A stretch of 64,000 nt of DNA from Candidatus Eiseniibacteriota bacterium (GTDB lineage: Bacteria; Eisenbacteria; RBG-16-71-46). The position numbers were made by a program, and so were the translations under genes. The notes beneath the pieces were generated by a model. The model ran no database searches. It saw nothing but the letters and a program-made list of their open reading frames with translations, and was not told the DNA's origin. Below, in pieces: positions 8,127-19,933 of the stretch; position 1 is the stretch's first letter; every line of letters starts with the position of its first letter. The stretch is from the NCBI GenBank assembly GCA_041483195.1, contig JBGPFC010000021.1, positions 1-64,000 on the forward strand, in the 5' to 3' direction.

Positions 8127-8815
8127 GCTTCGTGGTCACGATCGACGGCCCGGCCGCGGCCGGCAAGAGCACGACCGCCCGCGCGGTCGCCGCGCGCCTC
8201 GGGTTCCTCTACGTGGACACCGGCGCCCTGTACCGCGCGCTCGCGCTGCGGGTGCAGTCCCAGGGCATCGCTCCCGAGGACCTGGAGGCGGTGCGGCGCT
8301 GCGTCGAGGATGCGCGACTCGAGCTCTCGGGCTCGCCCGATCACGCCCAGGTGCGCCTCGATGGTGCGGACGTGAGCCGGGAGATTCGGACGCCGGCGGT
8401 GAGCGAGCTTTCGTCGCGGCTCGCGACCCAGCCCGCGGTGCGGCGCCGGCTGGTCGAGGTGCAGCGTTCGCTGCGCGAGCGCGGGCCGCTGGTGGGCGAG
8501 GGGCGCGATCTGGGGACGGTCGTCTTCCCAGACGCCGAGGTGAAGATCTACCTCGACGCCGATCTCGATGCCCGCGCCCGGCGCCGGGCGCACGAGCTGC
8601 AGGAGCGCGGCATCGCGTCCCGGATCGAACAGGTGCGCGAGGAGCTGGAGCGACGCGACCTGCGCGATCGTACGCGCGCCGACAGTCCGTTGCGCCCCCC
8701 CGAGGGAGCCACCCTGATCGACACCACGGGACTGGACGTCGAGAGTCAGATCGACGCCGTCCTTCGCGCGGTGCTGGCCCATCCCGCATGCCCCGGACTC
8801 GAGCGGAACCGATGA
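8123..8815 (+). CDS. cmk: Cytidylate kinase
   Basis: IDGPAAAGKST, DTGALYR, EGRDLGTVVFPDA, RD.RD..R. Confidence 0.96.
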   Translation: MSFVVTIDGPAAAGKSTTARAVAARLGFLYVDTGALYRALALRVQSQGIAPEDLEAVRRCVEDARLELSGSPDHAQVRLDGADVSREIRTPAVSELSSRLATQPAVRRRLVEVQRSLRERGPLVGEGRDLGTVVFPDAEVKIYLDADLDARARRRAHELQERGIASRIEQVREELERRDLRDRTRADSPLRPPEGATLIDTTGLDVESQIDAVLRAVLAHPACPGLERNR

Positions 8816-8932
8816 GAACGGCGGGCAGGGCCGTCCGGCGGCGGCACCACCCGGTCCGGATCCGTGGCGGGCGCGCCCCGGGAGCGGCCGCGGGGCGGAT
8901 GGCGGGTCCACCCGGATTCGCTAGGAGTTTCC

Positions 8933-9604
8933 GTGGCCGCGTACTATAGTGCTGCCCGGCTTTCGGCAGCGGCTGTCCTGGGGGCGATCACCCGTTGGGA
9001 CGTGAGGGGACGCGAGCGCATCCCGCATGCTGGCGGACTGATCGTCGCCTGCAACCACATCTCGTTCTGGGATCCACCCCTGGTCGGGGCCGCGTGCCCG
9101 CGTGAGCTGCATTTCCTCGCGAAGGAAGAACTGTTCGATACGCCGCTGCTCGGCCCGCTCATCCGCTCCGTGAACGCGATTCCCATCCGGCGCGGCGTCG
9201 CGGACATGGCGGGACTGAGTCGCGCGATCGAGCGCCTGCGGAGCGGGGCGGCGCTGCTCATGTTTCCGGAAGGTACCCGGATGCGCGATGGGGAGTTGCA
9301 TCCCGCGCGCCCCGGGGTCGGCATGATCGCGGTGCATTCGGATGCATCCGTGCTGCCGTGCTGTGTCTCGGGGAGCAATCACCCGGGACGGTGGTGGTGG
9401 CCCAGGGGGCGGGTGCGTATCTGGTTCGGAGTGGCGCGGCCCTGGCGGGAGTTCGCGGGACCTGACGCGGATCCGGCGCCGGGCCGACCGCTGTACCAGC
9501 GCATCGGCGACGAGGTGATGCGGGAGATCGCGGCACTCAAGAGCGGGCAGATGACATCGGCTTCACGCGGTTCGGCGAGCGATCGCCGCACCCTATCTTC
9601 ATAA
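8933..9604 (+). CDS. plsC: 1-acyl-sn-glycerol-3-phosphate acyltransferase
   Basis: NHISFWD (HxxxxD), FLAKEEL, FPEGTR; AGGAG SD before the GTG at 8933. Confidence 0.9.
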   Translation: MAAYYSAARLSAAAVLGAITRWDVRGRERIPHAGGLIVACNHISFWDPPLVGAACPRELHFLAKEELFDTPLLGPLIRSVNAIPIRRGVADMAGLSRAIERLRSGAALLMFPEGTRMRDGELHPARPGVGMIAVHSDASVLPCCVSGSNHPGRWWWPRGRVRIWFGVARPWREFAGPDADPAPGRPLYQRIGDEVMREIAALKSGQMTSASRGSASDRRTLSS

Positions 9605-9625
9605 GTACAAGGAGGCTTTTCTCTC

Positions 9626-11446
9626 ATGCTGGACACGACGGACAGAACCCTTACCCCCACGGCGGTGGTCGACGCGCCGCCGCGGGCACCCTCGATTCCC
9701 CCCGTGCCTCTCAACGCCGACGACGAAGACGATCTTTCGCTCGAAATGCGCGCCGAGATGTTCGGGCAATACGAAGAATCGCTGCGCTCGATCGGCGAGG
9801 GCGAGATCGTGCGCGGCACCGTGCTCGCGATCGACGAGAAAGAAGTGCTCGTCGACGTTGGCTTCAAGAGCGAAGGCGTCATCTCGCTCGCCGAGTTCTC
9901 CGATCCATCGAGCATCAAGGTGGGCGACACGATCGACGTGTTCCTGGAGAAGATGGAGAACCAGGACGGGCTGGTCGTGCTCTCGAAGCAGCGCGCCGAC
10001 TTCGTGCGAGTGTGGGACCGCGTCAAGGAAGCGCACGACAGCGGCCAGGTGGTCGAAGGCAAGCTCGTCCGCAAGATCAAGGGCGGCGTGGTCGTCGACC
10101 TGTACGGAGTCGAGGCCTTCCTGCCCGGTTCTCAGATCGCGCTCCGCCAGGTTCAAAACGTGGACGCGATGCTGGGCCAGACCGTTCAGGTCAAGATCAT
10201 CAAGCTCAACAAGCGGCGCAGGAACATCGTGGTCTCGCGTCGTGCCGTGCTCGAGGAAGAGCGCGACCGGATGAAGTCGTCGATCCTCAAGGACCTCGCG
10301 AAGGACCAGATCCGCGAGGGCGTCGTCAAGAACATCACGGACTTCGGTGCGTTCGTCGATCTGGGCGGCATCGATGGCCTGCTTCACATCACCGACATGT
10401 CATGGGGCCGGGTGGCGCATCCGTCGGAGCTGGTGAAGATCGGCGACAAGGTGCGGGTCAAGGTGCTGAACTTCGATCCCGAGAAGGAGCGCATCTCGCT
10501 CGGCCTGAAGCAGCTCGAGGCCTACCCGTGGGAGGGCGTCGAGGACAAGTACAAGGTCGGCGACCGGATCAAGGGTCGCGTGGTCTCGATCACCGACTAC
10601 GGCGCGTTCGTCGAGCTCGAACGGGGCGTCGAAGGGCTGATTCACGTGTCCGAGATGTCGTGGACGCGCCACGTCCGCCATCCCTCGAAGGTGGTCAACA
10701 TCGGAGACATCATCGAAGCCGTCGTGCTCAAGGTGGACAAGGGGAACGAGAAAATCTCCCTCGGACTCAAGCAGGTCGAGCCCGACCCCTGGCTCACCCT
10801 CGACCAGAAGTATCCGCCCGGCATGCGCGTCAAGGGCAAGGTCCGAAACCTCACGAACTTCGGCGCGTTCGTCGAGCTCGAGGAAGGCATCGACGGACTG
10901 GTGCACGTCAGCGACATGTCGTGGACCAAGCGCGTCGCCCACCCCAGCGAGGTGCTGAAGAAGGGCGACACCGTCGAGGTCGTGATCCTCTCGATCGACA
11001 AGGAACACCGCCGGATCAGCCTGGGCCTGAAGCAGGTCAGCGAGGATCCGTGGCCGCAGCTCGCCGACCAGTTCCCGTCGGGAATGGAACTGAAGGGCGC
11101 GATCAACCGGTTGTTCGACCGCGGCGCGATCGTGGATCTCGGCAACGGCATCGAGGGATTCGTGCCCCTCTCGCAGATCGGTATCGACGACCTCAAGCGT
11201 CCCAACGACGCGTTCGAGGTGGGCGAGGAGTTCACCATGAAGGTGACGCGCGTGGATGTGCCGAATCACCGGCTCATCCTGAGCGTGAAGGCGTGGCTGG
11301 CCGAGCAGGACGACATCGCGCTCGCGGAATGGACGTCGCGCCGCAACCAGGTGCGCGCCCGGATCGCGGCGAATCCGCCACCCGAAGAGATTCCGGTCGA
11401 GCCCCGTCCTCCGAAGCCGAGAGCCGAGGCGAGCGAGGAAGAGTAG
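9626..11446 (+). CDS. rpsA: 30S ribosomal protein S1
   Basis: Six S1 repeats (DFGAFVDLGGIDGLLHITDMSW etc.); follows cmk. Confidence 0.98.
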   Translation: MLDTTDRTLTPTAVVDAPPRAPSIPPVPLNADDEDDLSLEMRAEMFGQYEESLRSIGEGEIVRGTVLAIDEKEVLVDVGFKSEGVISLAEFSDPSSIKVGDTIDVFLEKMENQDGLVVLSKQRADFVRVWDRVKEAHDSGQVVEGKLVRKIKGGVVVDLYGVEAFLPGSQIALRQVQNVDAMLGQTVQVKIIKLNKRRRNIVVSRRAVLEEERDRMKSSILKDLAKDQIREGVVKNITDFGAFVDLGGIDGLLHITDMSWGRVAHPSELVKIGDKVRVKVLNFDPEKERISLGLKQLEAYPWEGVEDKYKVGDRIKGRVVSITDYGAFVELERGVEGLIHVSEMSWTRHVRHPSKVVNIGDIIEAVVLKVDKGNEKISLGLKQVEPDPWLTLDQKYPPGMRVKGKVRNLTNFGAFVELEEGIDGLVHVSDMSWTKRVAHPSEVLKKGDTVEVVILSIDKEHRRISLGLKQVSEDPWPQLADQFPSGMELKGAINRLFDRGAIVDLGNGIEGFVPLSQIGIDDLKRPNDAFEVGEEFTMKVTRVDVPNHRLILSVKAWLAEQDDIALAEWTSRRNQVRARIAANPPPEEIPVEPRPPKPRAEASEEE

Positions 11447-11470
11447 TCGTCGTATCGCGCATCCACGCGG

Positions 11471-11508
11471 CCGGGCGGAGCTCAGCAGCTCCGCCCGGTT
11501 CGCATTTT
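11471..11508 (+). terminator. Intrinsic terminator after rpsA
   Basis: CCGGGCGGAGCT-CAGC-AGCTCCGCCCGG 12-bp stem followed by TTCGCATTTT. Confidence 0.75.
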
Positions 11509-11528
11509 AAACCGCCGCTCCGTATCCT

Positions 11529-12404
11529 GTGATCGTGATTCGCGCGATGGTGATGGCACCGATCCTCCTCGTGGCGGCCGCCGCCGCGCCCGGCAACCCG
11601 CCCACGCTCGAGGCCGTGCTCGCGAGCCACCCCGCCGACAGCCTGGTCGCGCCGCTGCGCGGCCTCGAGCTCGATCGAGGCCGGTCGAGCGAGGGGGCCG
11701 AGGCCGCATTCATTCTCGGCCAGCTGCATTTCGCCCGCGGCGAGTATCGCCAGGCATGCGATGCGTTCACCCGGGCCGCCGCGCGACTCGATCCCGCGCG
11801 CAAGCCGGAGGCGCGCTACTGGGCGGGCCTCGCGTGGCTCGCGCTCCGCGATGCGCCGCAGGCGCGCGCGGCGCTCGAGGAGGTCGTCCAGTCCGGCGGC
11901 GAGCGACGCCCCGGGGCCCTGCTCGGCCTCGCCCAGGCCTGGGAAATCGCGGACCGCCCCGAGCTCGCGCTCGAGGCGCTCGATCGCGCGCTCGCGGGAA
12001 ATCCGGGGGAAGCGGGTCCGGCCGCACTCGAGCTCACCATGACGCTGGCCACGCGGCTCGGGCGCCCGGACCTGTCACGAGCCGCCGGGGAGCGCCTGCG
12101 GCGCGAGTATCCTGAGAGCATCGAGGCCGCGCGCTCCGCGCTGCCGCCGGCCGGCGCGGCACCGCCTTCGCAGGGTGCGGTGGCGGTGCAGATCGGGGCG
12201 TTCGCCGACCCCGCACGCGCTCGCTCGCTCGCGGACGCCGCGCGCCAGGCCGGATTCGCGGGGGCGCGGGTGGTGCCGCGCGGAGACGGCAGCGCGCGCG
12301 TGCACACCGTCCGGCTCGGCTCGTTCGGAAGCGTGGACGAGGCCCGGCGCGCGGGGGAACGAGCCGCCTCCGCGCTGGGAGTGACCTACCAGCTCGTGCG
12401 CTAG
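11529..12404 (+). CDS. Exported TPR + SPOR domain protein
   Basis: Signal-like N-terminus, TPR helices (EARYWAG), C-terminal VQIGAF..VRLGSF..EA SPOR motif. Confidence 0.8.
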   Translation: MIVIRAMVMAPILLVAAAAAPGNPPTLEAVLASHPADSLVAPLRGLELDRGRSSEGAEAAFILGQLHFARGEYRQACDAFTRAAARLDPARKPEARYWAGLAWLALRDAPQARAALEEVVQSGGERRPGALLGLAQAWEIADRPELALEALDRALAGNPGEAGPAALELTMTLATRLGRPDLSRAAGERLRREYPESIEAARSALPPAGAAPPSQGAVAVQIGAFADPARARSLADAARQAGFAGARVVPRGDGSARVHTVRLGSFGSVDEARRAGERAASALGVTYQLVR

Positions 12405-12521
12405 CGAGCGGCGTGACCCGCGATCCGCGGTTGGAATCGCCCGCGGGAGGCCCTATGCTTCGCGGCCCATGATGACGCTACCGCACGCGAGCCGGGCACC
12501 GTCCCGCACGATTCGGCGGCC

Positions 12522-15143
<2,622 letters not shown>

Positions 15144-15161
15144 GCGCTCCGAACCGCCGGA

Positions 15162-16034
15162 TCACCGCCGCCGGGCCGGATCGCGCGCCGCTTCGAGCGC
15201 CACGCGCCGCAGCTCGCTGTCGGAGGTGGCTGCCGCGAACCGCGCGGCCGCGGCCTTGAGCCGCGGATCGGGCGCTCCGGCCGCCGCATCCAGCGCGAGC
15301 CAGGTGAGGCGCTCGAGCGCGGAAGGCCGCGTCGCGCGCCCGAGCACCGCGGCCAGCGTTTCGGCCGCGGCGTCCTGACGGCCGAACGTACGCGGCGCCT
15401 TCCACAGCGCGCGGGCCGCCTCGGAGCGCACCGCCTCCGAGGAATCGTGCAATGCATCGAGCAGCCGGATCCGCAGCGTGTCACGCAGCGGGAGCCCCGC
15501 GAAGCGCGAAGGCCGCTCGCGGGTCGCATGCTCGATGTCGCTCACCACCAGATTGATCCCGAGCGCGAGCACCGCCTGTTCGCGCACGCGCGGGTCGGGA
15601 TCGCGACTCAGCTCGACGATTCGCGCGACCCGGGCCGGGGATCGATAGCTCCATTTCAGGATGGACCGGGCCTTGGCCTGCAGCGTGCGCGGCTGCTCGA
15701 TCCGTTCCTGATCGAAGACCCGGGGGCGCACCACCAGCGGGGTCATCGCGAGGATCAGAGCGAGCGCGAGCGTTCCAAGGCGCCGGCGGCCGGTGCCGGC
15801 CCATGTCACCGCCCGGAGCGCCCCCAGCGACGCGCCCCAGAGCGGGATCCAGATCCACGCGCCGGACGCGAGCCACTCGCGAAGCGTGCCCGCGGCGCGC
15901 GGACGCCCGATCGCCAGCAACAGGTATCCGGACGCGACCACCGAGAGCGCGGCGAGCAGCGCGGCGGCGAGCATCGCCGCGAGCAGACGCGGTGCCAGCC
16001 GCTGCCCGCTCCCCGGATCGCGCTCCCCGCTCAC
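15162..16034 (-). CDS. Membrane-anchored HEAT-repeat protein
   Basis: Three hydrophobic N-terminal segments; DPDPRVREQAVLALG and DSSEAVRSEAARAL HEAT-like repeats. Confidence 0.65.
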   Translation of the reverse strand: MSGERDPGSGQRLAPRLLAAMLAAALLAALSVVASGYLLLAIGRPRAAGTLREWLASGAWIWIPLWGASLGALRAVTWAGTGRRRLGTLALALILAMTPLVVRPRVFDQERIEQPRTLQAKARSILKWSYRSPARVARIVELSRDPDPRVREQAVLALGINLVVSDIEHATRERPSRFAGLPLRDTLRIRLLDALHDSSEAVRSEAARALWKAPRTFGRQDAAAETLAAVLGRATRPSALERLTWLALDAAAGAPDPRLKAAAARFAAATSDSELRRVALEAARDPARRR

Positions 16035-16065
16035 GGTTCCGTCGTTCCGCTTCGCGCGGGACCCC

Positions 16066-17919
16066 TCAGATCGAGCCTTCCAGCACGTCGAGGCAATTCT
16101 CGTAGCGCCCGAAGGACGGCATCAGGTAGACGCCGTTCGCGAGACCCCGGCACTGAGCCAGCAGGTCGCGCGCGAGCTCGACGCCAACCGTCTGACCCTC
16201 GTTGCCGGCTTCGTGCATGCGCGCGCGGATCCAGTCGGGCACATGGATCCCGGGAACCTCGTTGTGCAGGAACTCGGCGTGACGAAACGACTGGAGCGGC
16301 AGAATGCCGATCAGGATCGGGATCCGGGTGAGACCGCTCAGCCGGTCGACGAATCGTTTCCAGCAGTCGAGCTCGTACACCGGCTGCGTCATCACGAATT
16401 GCGGGCCGGCGTCGAGCTTGCGTTTCACGTACTCGAATTCCGCGTCGAGGTCTTCGGCGGTGGGGTTCACGCCGCAACCCAGGGCGAAGCGGGTGCGGGC
16501 CCCGATCGACGTGCCAGCCAGGTCGGTCCCCCCGTTCATCTGGTGCACGATGCGCATCAGCCCGGGCGCGTCGGTGTCGAACACCGCGGTGGCGTTCGGG
16601 TAGTCACCGAGGCTGGGCGGGTCTCCGGTGAGACACAGGATATTGTGGATCCCGAGCGCGTGCGCGCCGAGCAGGTCGCTCTGCAGCCCCATGAGATTCC
16701 GGTCGCGCGTGGTGTAGTGGAGGATGACCTCCAGCCGCGGGAAATGAAGGTGCACCTGGTAGGCGAGCGCCATGGCGCTCATCCGGATCCGCGCCAGCGG
16801 CGAGTCCGCGATGTTGACGGCATCGACGCCGCGCTGCGCCATCATGCGGGCGGCGTCCATCACCTTGGCGGTGTTGATGCCGCGCGGCGGATCGATCTCG
16901 ACGCTCACCACGAACTTCTCCTTCAGCTTCTTCAGAAATGACGGCTCCTCGATGTCGTCGGCGGGCGCCGCCGGAGCGGGCGCGGGCTCCAGCACCCGCA
17001 CTTCGGCGCCGGGGGCGAGCTTCTCCGCCGGGAGCTTCGAGGCGATCCGCTCGCGCATCGCACGCACGTGCGACGGGGTCGTGCCGCAACAGCCTCCGAC
17101 CAGCGCGACACCCATTTCGATCGCGCGCGCCGCGAAGTCCGCGAAGTACTCCGGGCTCGCCAGGTAGAGGAAGCGGCCCTCGAGAAACTGGGGGAGGCCG
17201 GCATTCGGCATCGCCGAGACCGGCGTGGTGCCCGCCGCGGCCAGCACTTCCTCGAGCACCTCGAGGGTCGCCTGCGGCCCGACCCCGCAGTTGACCCCCA
17301 CCACGTCCGCCCCCGCCTGCTGGAGCGCGTGCACCGCGAGCGTCGGCGTGTGGCCGTAGAGCGTCTTGCCGTCCTGTCCGTAGGTCATCTGCGCGATGAT
17401 CGGCAGGTCGAGCGACACGCGGCGCACCGCGCGCATCGCCGCGAGAATCTCGTTGAGATCCTGAAAGGTCTCGAGAATGAACGCGTCGCATCCGCCTTCG
17501 AGCAATCCCTCGGCGGCCGCCCGAAAGTAGCGCTCCGCGTCGGCGATCGAGATCCCGCCGAAGGGCTCGAGCGGTTTTCCCAGCGGCCCGATGGACCCGG
17601 CGACGAACGCGTTGACGCCCACGATCTCGCGGGCCGCCCGCGCCACCTTCACGCCCTGACGGGCGATCAGTCGCACTTTGTCGCTCAGACCGTGAGGTCC
17701 GAGTCGCACGGCGTTGGTGCCGAAGGTGTTGGTCTCGATCAGCTCGGCGCCGGCGGCGAGGTAATCGCGGTGCACCGCCTCGACGGCTGTGGCCTTCGAG
17801 AGGTTGAGTCCGTCGAAGCTCTGGTCGAATCCGACGCCGCGCTCGTAGAGCTGCGTTCCCATCGCGCCGTCCGCCAGCAGCGGTCCGCGGCTCAGTCGCT
17901 CGATCAAGGGAGAGGGCAT
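16066..17919 (-). CDS. Bifunctional homocysteine S-methyltransferase / methylenetetrahydrofolate reductase (YitJ-like)
   Basis: DGAMGT, ETNTFG, GVNC, PNAG.P, GGCCGTTP; C-terminal EIDPP..DRN..LTGDPP..MTQPVY..EVPG MTHFR domain. Confidence 0.93.
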   Translation of the reverse strand: MPSPLIERLSRGPLLADGAMGTQLYERGVGFDQSFDGLNLSKATAVEAVHRDYLAAGAELIETNTFGTNAVRLGPHGLSDKVRLIARQGVKVARAAREIVGVNAFVAGSIGPLGKPLEPFGGISIADAERYFRAAAEGLLEGGCDAFILETFQDLNEILAAMRAVRRVSLDLPIIAQMTYGQDGKTLYGHTPTLAVHALQQAGADVVGVNCGVGPQATLEVLEEVLAAAGTTPVSAMPNAGLPQFLEGRFLYLASPEYFADFAARAIEMGVALVGGCCGTTPSHVRAMRERIASKLPAEKLAPGAEVRVLEPAPAPAAPADDIEEPSFLKKLKEKFVVSVEIDPPRGINTAKVMDAARMMAQRGVDAVNIADSPLARIRMSAMALAYQVHLHFPRLEVILHYTTRDRNLMGLQSDLLGAHALGIHNILCLTGDPPSLGDYPNATAVFDTDAPGLMRIVHQMNGGTDLAGTSIGARTRFALGCGVNPTAEDLDAEFEYVKRKLDAGPQFVMTQPVYELDCWKRFVDRLSGLTRIPILIGILPLQSFRHAEFLHNEVPGIHVPDWIRARMHEAGNEGQTVGVELARDLLAQCRGLANGVYLMPSFGRYENCLDVLEGSI

Positions 17920-18066
17920 GAGCGCCGGAATCTAAGGGCTCGGCCGCCGATGATCAAGGCGACCGCCTCGCGACGAGCCGGGAGCGGGCCGGGGCGCGCC
18001 GCTCACGCGGAAACGCGCCGTGCTCACGGTTGGAGCGGCATACCGCCGCTGTTATAGTGCGCGCCC

Positions 18067-19920
18067 GTGACCTCCAAGCCCTCCGCCACTCTGGCTCTGG
18101 CACTCGGCCTCCTCATCGCCCGGGGCGCATCCGCCGCCACGCCCTCGGTTCCAACGCTGAACCCGGAAGATCTGCACGCCGGCCAGAAGGCGGTGGTCCG
18201 CACGGTGTTCTCTGGCGAGACCATCGAGGCATTCGACGCCGAGATTCTCGGGGTGTTGAAGGGTGGACGCAGCGAAGGCGACGTCATCCTCGCGCGCGCG
18301 ACGTCGGAGCGCGTGATCCGCACCGGGGTCGCGGCGGGGATGAGCGGCTCGCCGGTGTACGTGGACGGCAAGCTGATCGGCGCGCTCTCGACGGGCTGGG
18401 CTTTCTCCCGCGAGCCGATCTTCGGCATCACGCCGATTCGCGAGATGCTCGCCGTGCTCGATCATCCCGCGTCCGGACCCGGCGGAATCTCCGCCGGTCC
18501 CACCGGCGCGGAGGCGCTCGATCGGAGCGCGGACTCGCGCTTCGGCGAGTTCCACTGGGACGACACGGATCCGCCCGACCGGGCGCATCCGGCAGGCGAT
18601 GCGCATGCCGAGGCGGCGAACGCCGCAGGCGAACTCGCCGGGATCGCACCGCTCCAGGTGCCGCTCGCGGTGAGTGGCGTGCATTCGAGCGCGCTCGATC
18701 CGCTCCGCAGCATGTTCGCGCCTTATCATTTCGCGGTGGTCCCCGGCGGACAGGCCGAAGGCGGAGGGCCGGGTCCGGAGGCGCTGGTCCCGGGCGCAGC
18801 GGTCGCGGTCGACCTGATGCGCGGCGACATGCAGCTCTCCGCGATCGGGACGGTGACGTACCGCGACGGCGATCGCATCCTGATCTTCGGCCACCCCTTC
18901 TTCCAGGCCGGCGACGTGCGCCTTCCGCTCGCGACCGCCGTGATCACGACGATCATTCCGAACGAACAGAACTCGTTCAAGCTCGGCGTGCGGGGCCGCG
19001 AGGCGGGGGTCGTGACCCAGGATCGGCGCGCCGCGGTCGCGGGGCGGATCGGGGGCTCGCCGCACCTGCTGCCGTTCACGTTCGAGGTGCTCGCGTCCGG
19101 GACCGCGCCCCAGCGCTTCCACTTCGAGAGCATCGAGGACCGGGCGCTCGCCCCGCTGCTGCTGGGCGCGGCCGCCACCAACTGCGTGCTCGAATCGGGA
19201 GGCGTCGGCGCGAACCAGACCCTGCACTGGACGATGACGCTGAACCGCACCGGCGCGCCGCCGCTGGTGCTCTCTGACGTGATCGCGGGAAACAGCCCGG
19301 TCGGCGAGCTCAGCAACGCGATCGGCGCGCCGTTGCGGTTCCTGTTCAACAATCCATTCGAGCGCCTCGCCCTCGACAGCATCCGCGTCACGCTCGAGAT
19401 CACACCCGGGCGCGCGGAGTGGACGCTGCGCAGCGCGCGGGTGATCGACAACGCGGTGCGCCCGGGCGGACGCGTGCGCGTGCGTTGCGAGATCGAGCGC
19501 TGGCGCGGCGGGCGCGAGACGCGCGACCTCTCGCTCACCGTGCCCGACGACGCGCCCGATGGACGCTACCTGCTGTGGGTGGGAGGCGGACTGGAGTTCG
19601 CGCGCTTCGAGGCCGGGCGGCTGCCCGCACGCTACCGCCCGATCTCGCTCGACGACGCGTGGCGGCGCCTCGCGAGCATCCGGTCCTCGGAGGCGCTGTA
19701 CGGCGCGGTCTTCGCGCACGCGCCCGAGATCACGAGCAACGGGACGGACTATCCGGAGCTGCCGGTCTCGGCGCTCGCGCTGCTCTCGAGCGGACTCAGC
19801 GCCGGCGACCGCGCGCGCCGCGGGGATGTCGCGCTGCTCGACGAGGCGCGGGTCGCACCCGGCGGGGTCGTGAGCGGCGAGCTGGTACTCCAGATCAACG
19901 TGGATTCCACGGCACCCTGA
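18067..19920 (+). CDS. Secreted SpoIVB-type peptidase (S55) with C-terminal extension
   Basis: Signal peptide, GVAAGMSGSPVYVDGKLIGAL, GTVTY.DG..FGHPF. Confidence 0.85.
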   Translation: MTSKPSATLALALGLLIARGASAATPSVPTLNPEDLHAGQKAVVRTVFSGETIEAFDAEILGVLKGGRSEGDVILARATSERVIRTGVAAGMSGSPVYVDGKLIGALSTGWAFSREPIFGITPIREMLAVLDHPASGPGGISAGPTGAEALDRSADSRFGEFHWDDTDPPDRAHPAGDAHAEAANAAGELAGIAPLQVPLAVSGVHSSALDPLRSMFAPYHFAVVPGGQAEGGGPGPEALVPGAAVAVDLMRGDMQLSAIGTVTYRDGDRILIFGHPFFQAGDVRLPLATAVITTIIPNEQNSFKLGVRGREAGVVTQDRRAAVAGRIGGSPHLLPFTFEVLASGTAPQRFHFESIEDRALAPLLLGAAATNCVLESGGVGANQTLHWTMTLNRTGAPPLVLSDVIAGNSPVGELSNAIGAPLRFLFNNPFERLALDSIRVTLEITPGRAEWTLRSARVIDNAVRPGGRVRVRCEIERWRGGRETRDLSLTVPDDAPDGRYLLWVGGGLEFARFEAGRLPARYRPISLDDAWRRLASIRSSEALYGAVFAHAPEITSNGTDYPELPVSALALLSSGLSAGDRARRGDVALLDEARVAPGGVVSGELVLQINVDSTAP

Positions 19921-19933
19921 GCGAGGAGGGGCA

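Noticed and set aside
9626..11446. Repeated sequence blocks (e.g. TTCGGCGCGTTCGTCGAGCTCG)
   Set aside because: These are the internal S1-domain repeats of rpsA, not a CRISPR or DNA repeat array
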